From assembly GCF_009914755.1 (NCBI RefSeq), contig NC_060928.1: DNA of 64,000 bases; one strand, written 5' to 3'. Positions 45,441 to 58,965 of this stretch are shown in pieces. Every line of letters starts with the position of its first letter. The stretch's first letter is position 1. The notes under the pieces were generated by a model, which was not told the origin of the DNA, made no database searches, and saw only the letters and a list, made by a program, of their open reading frames with translations. The position numbers were made by a program, and so were the translations under genes. This DNA comes from the human T2T-CHM13v2.0 reference genome, Homo sapiens.

Positions 45441-46019
45441 AGCAAGCTGTTTCATGACATTTATATATAACTTTCTAGCTCTTATAAATTTGTAGCCCTA
45501 TGTGGGCTACTATTACACATGCACAGTAGGATACATTTAAGAAGCACAGTTTAAGAGCCACAATACTTTATTTAAAAGGAATTATGTTCTTCACGTATAT
45601 TTCCTTAATAACATTAAATAGTCTGATTCATAAGACAAAATGACACTTCTAAAATACCTGTTTCTCTACTCTTCAATTTCCCTGCACCCCAAAGCACGGA
45701 GAATTTCTGGAAATCCTCTCATTACAATACCTCGTTTCTGACAAATGCTTCACTCCTTTTTTTTTTTCCCTCCTGCTCTGCCCTCCTTTCCTTAAGTTCC
45801 TATTGTACTGATAATTAACCTCACATTCAGAAAGCAAGATGCCCTTATCTTTAAGGGGAAGTAAAAAGCGTGGATGGTTATGTTGTTTGTTAAAGAGACA
45901 AGGTCGTGAATATTTTCATATGAATTATTTTTGTCCCATCACATAATAAATAGAAGTGTCATGATTTGGTGATTGATTGGATGTAGAGGAAAAAAAAATC
46001 ACCCAAAGACTTCAGGCTT

Positions 46020-46750
46020 TCACAGTCATTCATTTAAAATTGATTGAATGCTCTCTAATAGCCAGATGCACTATCCATCTGACAAACACTATCTCTACTC
46101 TTCAAAAGCAATGGAAGTTTATTCTGTGACATATTCTATGACATAAAAAGGCAATTGCAATAAGGCATGATAAGTGTAATAGTGGGGAAGATACAAAGTT
46201 ATTTAGAAGTAGAGAAGTGTGAGGAGAAAATGAGTAAATTATAATATATCATTTTTGAAAAGTCTGTGAAATATCAAAAAGGAAATGTCCACTAGTTTGC
46301 TGACTAATAGAAATGGGATTTAAATTCTTTGCAGGAAGTGTAAGTTAAAGGATAGAAAAAAAACCCTAATATTGAGTAAGAACACTAAGGAACAGGGTGC
46401 ATGGTAAGATGATAAAGGCTTGCCATGAAAATATTAGGAAATAACACTAAATAAATGGTGTTGGTGGAAGAGGGTAGTAGAAGCTGTACGTAAATAATAT
46501 AAAAATAAATATTTGTGATAAAAGCTGAATACTATTTGTGAGTCAAGAAATACAACACAAAATTGATCTTGAATTTGTCAATCAAGAGAATACTGGTGGT
46601 GGTGTTAAAGCAGTCCAGTGGTATAGTGAAGTCAAGTAAAATGTTAAAGTGAGTTGAAAACAAAGTGGTGGTGAAGAAGCTGAGAATAGTTTGAAGAAAA
46701 AGAAAAGGAATTGAAAGAGTTAATAGGAATACAAAACTTTCTGTCATGAG
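46020..46750 (-). mobile_element. L2 fragments
   Basis: cattcattt...attgaatgctctctaatagccagatgcact (L2 3' end, reversed) followed by purine-rich L2-like body. Confidence 0.45.
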
Positions 46751-47652
46751 GAATATATGCTTATTAGCAGGTGAGAACTCTGTAAGCGATATGAGATTTC
46801 AGAGAGAGTGGAGATTCCCATGGACTGACGTCATTAGGAGACGGGTTGGAGAGGGATGTAAATTGTTTTAGCCATTAAAAAATGAGAGGATTTAGATTTT
46901 GAGGAGAAAAGAGAGATTTGAAAAAGAAGAGAAAACACAAATCTGTGACAAGTCAGGGGAGTGACATGATCAACTTTGTCCTTAATATTACAATGGAGTA
47001 TTTATTTTCTGTACTTTTCTGTACACTTAAGTTAAATCAACTTATAGCCAGCAGCAATGATTATCATCAACTGATAATTGCTTTGTTTTAGCTCAATAAT
47101 CATTATTTAAAACCATTATTATATTTAGTATTGATTTGCATCCTTGCTAATTGCCTCAGAAGACAATCATGGAAGCAGTTATCCATGAAACATAAAATGC
47201 TCATTTGACCCTTGTATTCTTACAGGCAAAAAAACTATAAGATACAGAGACAAGTGAATGAAACCAGAATGTAGAAATTTGCTAGCTGACTTATGTGTAA
47301 ATAAAGGAGAGAGAAAAATGATTTTGCCTAATATTTAACATTAAAGTTTAATTTCAAGAAATCACAAAAGAAGTTATTAAAATATCAATGATAACAGTAA
47401 TCAAATTTTCCATTATTTTTTAATGTAAATTTAATGCTAATAGTATTGCAATTATATTCAGAAGTTACATTAATATCCATAGTCTCTTAGAAGCTATATT
47501 TGTAATATTTTAATTATTCTGCTTCTGAATTTAGGTAAGCAGTCACTTCCATCATCATAAATGGAATTTGCCTGTATCAGATGTAACAAAAGATTACTAT
47601 CTCTTAAAATTCACATCAATGGTCACTTATATACCATATACTTCTGACTTCC

Positions 47653-47960
<308 letters not shown>

Positions 47961-49879
47961 CCACTGACTTTCTTATCTAGAGACACTTACAATAAATACA
48001 TTAATGCTGTCCAAAAATTTGGATCATTTTTGGGTGATATAACAAGAGTCTATTACCTAGTTTACAGAAAGGTCTAGCAAGATGTTAATCATTATGTTAC
48101 CTTTCTATCAAGAAAGTATCTATGTGACATTCTGACTTTGTGCTGCTGGTGATGGAAAATAAACTCTTTCTAAATTGTCACTTTAAATCTATAATACAAA
48201 AAGCTATAAATTTTAATTATCAAAATTATTATTCAGAGAACTCAAGGGATGAATGAATGAAGAATGTAATGCCCAAAGAAGTGAAGTGACCAGTCCACTG
48301 TTAAACAGCTAATATGAACCCACATTTTTAAATTAATTATAAATCTCTTCTTTCATTGCCACTGCTCTATATTGGCACCTTAAATATCATGAAGTAAAAT
48401 TTTCATTGCTGTACTCAAGACTTACAAAGAATCTTACTCAAATAGGAAATACTGATATTTTCTTTTGATTATTTTCTAACTATATATTTAATAAACCCTG
48501 TAGTTATGGTTTCCACCTTTTATTTACTTTAGAGAGTTCTTAATTTTACGCAACACACAAAATGATTGGATTATTCTTTATCATAAGAGGCATACTCCAT
48601 TCAATTTCACAGGTAAACCTGCTATTTTTAATTTAATTTCCTTCTATTTTATGTTATTTTGTCTTTTAGATATTAACAAATAAAATGCCAACTTGGCCAT
48701 AAACCAGAAATAATGTGGATAGTAACATGTAAATATATCCTGTATAGAATATTATTCTCCCACCAAAAACTAATCCAGGTTACACAATTCTCAAACATCA
48801 GAAAAGCATGATAAAAACTCAAGAGAAGAGATCTGGAGTGATTTCACATATTCTGCTTCTTGTCAGAGACAACATTTCTTGAGATGTTCCTATTTTAATA
48901 CTTGATGACTGGCATCTAGAATTATCACGATAGTTACTTATGGATCCTTTAAAAGAATACTAGACATCGTACCAAAATAATTCACTTAGCAAACTGGTTT
49001 GGTGGAAAATACTGGGAGATTTAGAAATGTGAAATATTGTGTTTATATTCAAAATATATTTTGGGGAAACAAAGAATAGGAGTGAAAGTGGTCTTGTTTT
49101 ACATGTGGAAACCATGAGATCAATTTAAAATTTATCAGCACATTTGTGGCAAAACTTAGAATATAGTTTATATCTTTTTACTTTCAGCCTGGGTTAACAT
49201 TAGTAATTAGTAATTTAAAGTAGCTTATTATGTTTACCAAACTGCTTTTGTGGAAGAAATTACTACTGCCTTGAGAAGGAGACAGATGGTGGCCAGGAAG
49301 GTTTTTTGTGTTTACATTGTGTCACTATAAGGGGTGTGGATAAAGACTTCGGAATAAATACTCTCTTCACCTACCTCTCAGCTCTAGCAGTTGGTCAGAA
49401 GACCAACTAGGAAACATTTGCATTTGTTTTTATTCTATCCAGTTCTAGTTTCTGAATCTTTGTCTTTGTCTTCTTCAAATTCCATGTTTCTGCTTACTCC
49501 AGCGTGACAGAAAATAGAGGAAAACTATTTGGCCCCTTTTTCTAACATTTTTTTCTCTGGGATATAGTATGTTTTCCTGAAAATTTTTGAATGTTAGTTA
49601 ATTTTCAAGATCATGATAAATCACATTAAAATGTTGGTGAATGAAATTTGATCCTTTAAGTTAGATTCAATGTTATTAATATTAAAATATATGATCAACA
49701 ATACAGTAGAGACAGTAGAAAAAGGTGACTTAGATCATTATCTCCAAGTGAGAAAGATTGGGAGCAGTCAATACTAATCACTCAGGGGATACTTTAAATC
49801 AGTACAAAATGTGGCATTGCAGGCCAAAGTCAGAGTACTGACACATGTAATCAAAACTTGATACTATTAATTTAAAATC

Positions 49880-50090
49880 TCATGTTTCCCACTGTGTACT
49901 AGAAACTTTGGACTTATTGTTATGTTTAGCTGTCTCAGCAAGTCTATGAATTATTATTACCCCATCCCAGATCATGAAGCTGAAGCAGAGAAGAGTTAGA
50001 ATTTTCAAGGTTATATCATGAGTCAGGGCAAAGCAAGGCTTGGAATCCTGATCTGGTGGAAACCAAGGTTAACACCTGCCTTCCAATATG
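49880..50090. mobile_element. MIR
   Basis: attattattaccccatcccagatcatgaagctgaagcagagaagagttag...aggcttggaatcc. Confidence 0.6.
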
Positions 50091-51349
50091 TCACAATATT
50101 ATCTCATCTTTAATTCACATTTGTTTACATGAAGGCTTCTACAAAAAGGCATCATAATTAGGTCAATCAATCTCTGCATTCTTTAAAATTTAGAAGTTTA
50201 TGGAAAGCAAAATTATTTTTCTTATTCATTCCTCTAATGTTGACATGTTATCTTTCTTGGACTGTCTCAAAAGAATCGTAAAATAATATGTTTACAATAA
50301 AAAACAAACTTTCACTTACTCAAGAAATGTATTATTTTATTTTCTTTATAAAATGGTACATCTTATAAATAATTCTATTATGAAAATTTGCTTTTTTACT
50401 CTAGGGCATATCCTGAGTAATTTCCACTGTGTAATTTTACCCAGTGGTTATTTACTTGAATTATGTTGACCAGTCTTCCAGCCAACTGCTAGAGCTGGAT
50501 TTAGGTGGGCCAAGTGCTCATTCTAAAACCTTTGTCCATACTTCTTATAGTGCGACAACAAAAAACAACAAGAAATCTTGGTAGCCAGCATTTATTTTCT
50601 ACGCAAGGCAGAAATTCCTTCCACAAAAGTCTTCTGAACAGGTAGCATTCCAGCCTGTGTTTGTTGCTTTGACTGAGTAGAATCTCACTGATTTTTAGGA
50701 AGTATTGTTTTACCTGACATTGCATAGAAACAACTTCCGTACCTTTCGTAGCTTAGTCTGCTAGCGTCACATAACATAAAACAAATTCCTTTTGCATAAA
50801 AAAGTATCTAATATATAAAGATAACTATACTGCTCCCTTTTAGCTTTTTTCCTTTAATTATTACTGTGTTTTTCAACTGTTACTCATATAGCATAGTTGC
50901 CAGATGTCTTCTCACATTTTACATTTATCAAACCCTTAGTATCTATTGATTATTGGTCAAGCACTCTCTAAGCATTTCTGCCATCAAAAAGCTTTTGGAT
51001 AAATGGGGAGCGCTGACACACACACAGCAATTACATCATAAGGTAATAAGTGCCCTGATGGAACAGTGTGGGGGTAGGGCAAAAATATCTGGTTCACCAT
51101 GGGGGAAGAGGAAGGTCATAGAAGACTGCTATTAACATGAGGCATCGGGAAACTGAGAATGATGAACAGGCCAAATAATGTCAGACTTGTACTAAATAGG
51201 ATCACAGATAACTGTTTCCTGGATGTTGACACTATGGTTCTGTTAATGCATTCTAAGTTTGTATTAGCATTGTATTAGTGTCATCAAACTTTTGGTTCTT
51301 GTTAAATTTGAGGTAATTTTATAATTGGAGAAATTTTTTAAAAAAGAAA

Positions 51350-51687
51350 CAGTCATCTCTTGTCATAAGGAGTGGTTCCTGGACCCCCTAACCCTCCAGG
51401 ACCAAAATCCAGAGATACTGAAACCTCTGTATAAAATCGCATAGTATTTGCATGTAGCCTATACACATCCTCCTGTATACTCTAGCTCAATTCTAGATGA
51501 CTTATGATACCTAATACGATGTGAATGATATGTACATAATTGTTATACTGTATTATTTAGAGAGTAATGACAGGAAAAAATGCCTGCACATGTTTAGTAC
51601 AGAAACAATCATCTATGTTTTAAAATATTTTTCATTTTCAGTTAGTTGAATTCACAGATGGACCCATGGATACTAAGAATTACATCG
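51350..51687. mobile_element. MER2 (TcMar-Tigger)
   Basis: ggttcctggacccc...accaaaatcc...tagtatttgcatgtagcctatacacatcctcctgtatac...acccatggatac. Confidence 0.8.
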
Positions 51688-51826
51688 ATCTTCATTTCAT
51701 TATGTTAGGTCCATCATTCCAGCCAACTGGGTGATGTTTTGGAATATTGGTTCTTACCGCCACCAATTTGGGAGAATGAGATATGGAGCCAGCTCCTCTG
51801 CTACGTAAGTTTTAGTAATAGCACTG

Positions 51827-52140
51827 AGACCAGGCAGTGGCTCATGCCTATGATCCTAGCACTTTGTCAGGCTGAGGTAGGAGGATAGCTTGAGGCCAGG
51901 AAATCGAGGCCAGCGTGGGCAACATGACACCCCATCTTTACAAAAAATATGAATAATAAAATTATCTGGGTGAGGTGGTGTGCACCTATAGTCCCAGCTT
52001 CTTGAGAGGCTGATGTGGAAGGATTGCTTGAGCCCAGGAGTTTGAGGTTGTAGTATGCTATGATTGCTCCACTGCCTCCACCCTGGGTGCCAGACAGTGC
52101 AAGAGCCTATCTCTAAATAAAATTAAAGAAGGAAATAAAT
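51827..52140 (+). mobile_element. AluJ
   Basis: Diverged Alu, ggattgcttgagcccaggagtttgagg. Confidence 0.88.
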
Positions 52141-52479
52141 AGCATTGAATTTCAGTCTGTGAGAAAAAAATTTAAAAACCAGTAATTTGAGATAATTTAC
52201 ACACATAATACTTCTTAATACTTAGAAATATAAAGAATAGAAGTAAAGGTGAGACTTCTATTTTCTAAAACTGATTAGTTTTTTTACTTTCCAGAGAAAG
52301 TGACACTAAATAGTGTGCCATATCTTAAATTCTCCCAAACAACTTCACAGACCTGAGGAGGATAATCAATAGACAGAGACAAAATTCAGCTTGTCAGCTT
52401 GCACATTACAAGAAATTGCTACTCCTCATCACATTTTTCTACAAGATAAAATAATAATGTTACTCAATTTGACATCTAT

Positions 52480-52735
52480 GTTTTATATGGATTTACTGAG
52501 TTTCTGCCTTATCAGAAAGGCATTTCCTGACCAGTCCTATCACTTTCACATACAGCTTTTAATGTGCCACCTTGACTTATCTTTAGAGCACTCACAGGCA
52601 CTACCGTGGGGTCTTTATTTATTTACTGTCAGTTTTCTACCATGAGAATATAAGCCTCCTGAGAGCTATTTTGTTCACCCTAGTAACTTGCATGGTGCCT
52701 GACACATATTAAAAATAATAGAAAATATTTATTTT
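52480..52735 (+). mobile_element. L2 3' end
   Basis: agaatataagcctcctgagag...ttttgttcacc...catggtgcctgacacata...aaatattt. Confidence 0.6.
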
Positions 52736-53884
52736 CCTTATTTTTATGAACATTATTGAGCAAAAGTAAAAAAGCTATTTTTTTCTGTCTAAGGTGAAAA
52801 ATATGTCCAGACAGATAGAGTAATTTAAGTATTGAATTGAGTTCAACCTCGATTGATCAATTTTAGCATTATTTCTATGGATATCAAGAAAATGTCCTGT
52901 TTCAAGGAAAGAAACTTCAAAAACTGTGTTATCAGGAACCATAATACTTTAGATAAGTTGGTAGTATAATTTATTGATTGTGTTTTATTTTACTTATTAC
53001 AGTACATGGAATCTCAATTGAATTGACATAACTATTAGTGAAAGATTGATTGAGAAACCAAATTTAAATTCTGATTCTAATTATTCACTTGCACTTTAGA
53101 GTAATGAATAGAATTAGGACTGTTATATGCATTCACAGGAGCATATGCATCTCTGCATCTGTTACCTTTCCTTGCATTAATCTTTAGTGATGTTATATTT
53201 ATTTCTGATGTTTAAATGATTGTTATGTAGGCATGAAAGACTATTCAATACATCAAGAAGAAGAAGAACTCTTTTGAGGTGTCTGATGAACTATGACAAA
53301 TTCTGTGGATCAGCAGTCTACAACTGAATTTCTGATTCAGGAATGGAATCAAGCCAAAGCATCTAAATGTGTGAAATCACTTTCCCTTCTCTCTTTTTCT
53401 TCCACTAGCATGGCAGTTGGCCTTTGGGTTGCTTATGAATGTTAATATCCTTAAACTACTAGATATAAAAATGATTTAGAGGATTTAAAATTTCTAAGGA
53501 AAAATTATTTATATTTATTATTATCATTTTATTTTTTACCACTAAGGTGCATCTGCTATATGGAAAAGATGTGACTGATATTAAAAAGGGAGTGTTGGAA
53601 AAAAAAGAATTCCACTTAAATAATTTAGTAAATTAAATGGAAATTTATAGGTGGAAGAACAGCCCATATGTTAAAGTCAACATCACTATTTCTCTGAAAT
53701 AAATCTCCCACCCTATTTCACTTTTCCTTGATTGCTTATTGCAACTTAACCCACTCTTTCTCTTCATTTTCCCCACTTACTCTGTGTTCAAACCAGGTTA
53801 TTAGATTAATAATTGCCACAATACTAAAGATGAGTGATTTGCTTTCCAATTACACAAGAGAGCATGTAAGCTGAAGTGGCAAAA

Positions 53885-54165
53885 ATGAATGGAAATAAAG
53901 GAAGGAGGGAAAAAGGGAGGAAGAAAGGAAAAAAGACAAGAGGAAGGTAGGAAAGCAAGAAGAAAGAAGGAAGGAAAGAGGGAAAAGGGAAGGAAGGAAG
54001 GAAGAAAGGAAGGGAGGAAGGAAGGAAAAAGTGGTAAAATAAGAAGAGAAGAGAGAAAAGAATAAAGAAAAAGAATAGAAAAAGAGAGGAAGGGAAGGGA
54101 AATAAGAAAAATGAGTAAAAGAAAGAGAAGAAAGAAAGGAGCTAATGAAAAGAGATTAAGGAAGC
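53885..54165. repeat. ~280-nt polypurine (GGAA/GAAA) tract
   Basis: Nearly pure G/A on +, with a GGAA run at ~53988-54026. Confidence 0.9.
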
Positions 54166-57029
54166 ATTTCTCCATTTACTTTTTACTTGAATATAGTGAA
54201 CCTGGCCAAGCTAACTTTCAACTTCTGTGTAGTTATAGTTGACGATGCATTCCATTAAGGACTTTTTAAAAGGAGGCTAAATATTTGAAATAAATCACAA
54301 CATAAGTTCAATTGATGGTGGAATTTGCAAAATAGAGAAATTCCTCTAATTTGGGAACAAATGAAGCATGTGGCCGCACATAAAACTCATGTGTTTATTA
54401 GCTTGCTAAAGTTGCTTTCTTCATTGAACTCTTCAAATACTTAAAGTAATAATTTCTAAACAGAGTACAAATTGGATTTAGTACAGAAGTCCCAATTCTA
54501 TAATTCACTAGAGTCATCACTTTTGTTTCTCAACAAAAGTCTCGCTTCTGTTTTCTGAGTACAATATCAAATTATATTCTCAAGCATTCAGACATAGTTT
54601 TAACCCTTTTTTCTCAGATTTTTCAAAATTTCAACTAATTAAACATAACTATTTATTTAGTGTTAATGAAGTATATTATCTCTTTTAAAAGATATATCTA
54701 AAATAGCCTATGTATGTAAATGACCTCAAAGGGTCACCTGAAAACCATTATTTAGCCTGTCATGTGTAGTTTATTTTATTAAAACCTATTTCATGGCATG
54801 AATTTTCTGAATACTGATGAATATAGACAAACTATAACAATGCAAAGAAAATAAATACATTAAGTTATATCAGCAAACATGTTTACCTGTTGGAATGAAG
54901 AGTAATTTACTATTCACATTTCAAAAAAATATTTTTGCCTTGAAATGCCTGAGGCTATTGATGAGTTTGGAATTCATTTTCAGACTATTTTAGCTTTTGA
55001 GGAAATCTATTTTCAATTCAATATTATTTCTGAAAGAAATTTTAGATTTGTCACCTCTAGAAAGTGATAGTTTTCCTTAGAAAACTGAGATAAAGAAAGC
55101 TTGGAAATAGAACTATATCTATTAGAAATGCCTGTATATATGTGTACACATTCTGCATTGCAAATAACACCTCTAACTTCTTAAGCTTGCTGAAAATAAC
55201 TTTTAAAAATAGGGCATTTAACACCCTGCATAACAGCATAGCTGAAAGTTTCCTGAAGTGTTAAAGAAAAGGCTGGCTAGATGTTTTATCATGATGGCTG
55301 AAGGCGGTAGCATTGTGTCTGACACCTGACCCATTTATCTCACTTCGTAAACTTCAAATAAATCAACAGACAACATGGTTTCTCTTTTTCCTAGTTATCT
55401 GGGGGTACGTAATGAGAGTTTACCTTATGTTTGCTGCCTACCTTCAGAAGATATATGCTACAACATTATTTAGTGTGTGTATCTTTACTGTAAATTTTAC
55501 TAGGCCAGGTATTTTAATAAAACTTTCACATTTCTTTGTTTTGGCATGTATCCATATGTGTCATTTCTGATCTCTCTGCCTCTCCAAGATCATGGTTAGA
55601 TGATGCATCTCATCGTTATTTCTTTTTCTTTTCCTGAGAATAAACTGTATTTTATAGGAGTTTCTGGTAGGCTTATTTGCATTTTTTCAACAGAGCAACT
55701 TTTAATAAAGAAGAAACCTTTGTTAGTTTAAAATTTAATTCTACTTAGAAAATATATTTGTTCTTTAAATATCCCACAGTTTGTACTGGAGAAAAAAAAT
55801 AACACTTCAGGTTAGACTCTAAACATAATGCATTATCAATGAATTTTAGCCCAGAAAGAATTAGCCTTCTGGGTGCACAGCTTCTCTGTCTTGGCTTCCA
55901 GCCAGGGCTGATATTCTAGCTTTATTTTATGTTTCCCCAGCTGCTTTCTAAATCTGGGAAGGCAGCACCAGCCAGAATCTTCTAGTTTGAACACAGTATG
56001 CTAAATGCTTCTCTCTTCTCCCTTAGTAATTGCTTGTAAATGATGCACACAAAGTTTGATCTTTGGATTTTATTTCCAAAGGCCCCCTTTCAACTCAAAC
56101 AGAAAGTACAAGGGGATCATATGAACATTTAACCTCCTGGGGACAACTGTTCTACTGGGTTGGAAACATTTATTTAGTACGTTTAAGAACTAATGTTAGT
56201 ATTGAGATTGAATTATGTTTATTTTAAATCCAAGTATAGAATGCTTTTCTTTGGGAGAAGAAAGAATAGGTATAACAGTTTTTAATCTCAAATAAAAAAT
56301 GAAAGATCCTTATTTTCCTGAGGTGAACATAAGCATGAGCATATGTTTCTATTTTGATTATCAATTATAGAAATTCCAAATTATGACTTAATATATTTAT
56401 ATATAAAAATAGTCCCCATATACTTCCCTTTGATGTTTAGGATAATATATTTAAAATTACACATTTCTTAAATAATAAGCCTATCTTGGAGAAAACAAAA
56501 TGTAATTTACATATATTTGCATTTTTATTTATTATTTATATATTTGCATTAATCAATTTAAAAAATTCAAATTTTCAGGAGGTTTTACCTTCCTTTTATT
56601 TAAAAATAATGCCTGAGTTTCTAAATTGGATCTAAGGGTGATTTTCAAGTTATATTAGTAACTCATATATATTATAACTTTTTCAAAGGGTTTTTATGTA
56701 TCAGTCTTAGTGGTGACCAGGTGCCATTCAGATAGAGTTAAAAGGCCCATTCTGCTTAGTATTCAATTTCTAAAAATCTTCCCAATTAGCTTATTATGAG
56801 ATGTCTATCAATGTAAACATTGTTTAATATTGATCATCATAATGTATTGTCATACAATTTCTTATTTTTAAAAATGTCAACAATAGTAGGCTTAACTTCC
56901 CATTTATATATTGAGATAAATGTAAATGGCAATTATATTTTGCTTATTAATTAGTTTTTTATGAATTCCAGTTGAAAACTTAGACTGTTGTAGTCAGTGG
57001 ACTTTATATTCTTTACATAAACTTGCTAC

Positions 57030-57066
57030 TCACACACACACACACACGCACACACTCATGCACACA
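57030..57066. repeat. Imperfect (CA)n
   Basis: Seen directly. Confidence 0.85.
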
Positions 57067-58396
57067 AATGACCAGCACAGAACCTATGTGACACTGGGAT
57101 ATAGCTAACTGGCATACTTTTAATAGAGTAGAATAAATTACTCTTTTGATATGAAAAAAAAAAAAAAACCTTTACATCGTTGTGGGAAAATTCATTGCTT
57201 CCTAGTTTTGGGGAAATTCAACCAATTACAATAACTTTCATCTTTATCAATTTCCTCTTGGGGCAGAAACCTCACAGGATTTTAACCATGTTGTTGGTGA
57301 GAAAGTGGAAAACTAAAATCATTCTGAGAGTTACAGAAACACATCAGTATCTTGGTATGCAATTTATGTTAAAGCATTTATGAAACTGTGCAAATGAAAA
57401 ATATTCTGATAAAAGGCACCACGAAAACAAGCAAAGGTGAGTTTGAAAGAGACATGATAAAACATAAACTTAAAACTTTCTAAAGCTGTATGAGAACTCA
57501 CAGTATAACTTATCATAATAAACAAAACATATAATCACTTAAAAAAACTATGACAGGAATTCTGAAGAATATAGTATTTTATTAATCAGGACAAATTCTA
57601 AGAAAAATAAGGTTTAATTTTCCTTATTTAGCTTTCTCAAAAAGAATATTGAAAAGAATGAGTAAAACCATATTCCAATAACATTTCTTGTTTTCCAACT
57701 TATTCTGTGCTTGAGGAAATTGGAGGTATACCATAAAGCTTTCTGTCCTCCTAGGAAACTATGCTTAGGGCATATGACATATATTGTTCTAAGAATTTAT
57801 TTTTCTTTTCTAATAGGAGGTAGGAGGAAAGCACCTATTTCTTTATAAGCAATTTATGACTGTAACATACAATTTCACATGTCTGTGACAGCTGTTTCTC
57901 TAAAGCAGACCATTAGTACAGAGCATGCCTATAAATCTCAGGTCCAAAAAACAGGAGTTCCCATCTTCGGTAATTTGAATGCCATGTTTTCAGTAACACT
58001 TATTAGGGAAACATTTATAACCCTACAGTTAACTTTGGATGTTGAGTTTGTAAAATTGGTGCTTTTAATATGAAAAGGCTAAAGTTGTTATCAAATAAGA
58101 TATTTCCTATGCAAATGTTCCGGCAACTGTTTAAATTTTATCAAGTTGTATCTCTTTTTTTTTATGTACGACTGTATTTTCTACTTACGTGCAAATATAA
58201 CTTCTATAAAGCATGATGACAGGTAAGCACACACATGCGGAAAAGGGAGATTGAATTTGGTTTTAAGATATTATCTGCTTCTACATAAATCTTTCACAAA
58301 TAAAACTTTATTGTGTCCGACTTGTTTACATAGCTAAGCAACGCATATTCATTTATGATACACACCTCGATTTCAGCAAATTAAGCAGTAACTTAC

Positions 58397-58573
58397 CTAG
58401 AGAAGCATTTCAATATTTTGTCTTTTTCTAACTTGAATTTATCCCGTGTTAGAACATGAGATATCCAGTATTCAGGTTCACTTGGCTCCAGGTTAATTAG
58501 AAGGAGCTTTCAGTTCATGCAATCTGCCTCAACAATATTCCAAGAGCACTCTCTAGCTCCAGTCTTAGTGTCT
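58397..58573 (-). other. NDST4: NDST4 non-coding exon 1 (~177 nt)
   Basis: Consensus donor TAG|GTAAGT (GT at 58396-58395); start inferred from TATA/Inr spacing; fits the known NDST layout of a non-coding exon before a large first coding exon. Confidence 0.75.
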
Positions 58574-58604
58574 GAACTCTTCCAGCAGAGTCCTTTTATT
58601 TATA
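58570..58604 (-). promoter_or_regulatory. NDST4: Core promoter: TATA box plus initiator
   Basis: Minus-strand TATAAATA at 58604-58597, 31 nt upstream of an Inr-like TCA(+1)GA with the A at 58573. No CpG island. Confidence 0.7.
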
Positions 58605-58819
58605 CACACATTGTCCTTTTCAAAACAAGCAGCCAGCTGGAATGATTCAAACCTCTGTTCAGCACACCGTTAAAATGCAGCTTCCTTCTTGGACACGAGA
58701 ATTACACCAGGGAGCAGACCGAGTACAGCAAAAAGGCTATGAGAACTATTTAATCACCGGAATACCAGCTGCTCCTGCTCTGCTGTTGCTAGTGCTGCTG
58801 TGCCTCTTGTTTAGCTGTA

Positions 58820-58965
58820 GTCGGTCTTTCCCTCCCTCCCTCTCTCTCACATCTCCAGAACTATAAAGGCAGCTTTGCCGGATTATGATTGGCAGAAACA
58901 GCCAATTCCTTCAGCTAATCATCCTCAAGACTTTCAAGGACCTGGAGCTGTTGTGATGTCATCCA
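58820..58965. promoter_or_regulatory. Proximal promoter motif cluster / possible upstream TSS
   Basis: CT-rich tract 58825-58849, TATAAA(+) 58862-58867, ATTGG 58888-58892, CCAAT 58902-58906, CRE-like TGATGTCA 58954-58961; several CpGs retained locally. Confidence 0.5.

Noticed and set aside
58658-58665. TTCAGCAC, REST/NRSE left half-site near the promoter
   Set aside because: No GGACAG right half at canonical spacing.
58889-58905. TTGGC...GCCAA as an NFI site
   Set aside because: The spacer is 7 nt rather than the canonical 5.
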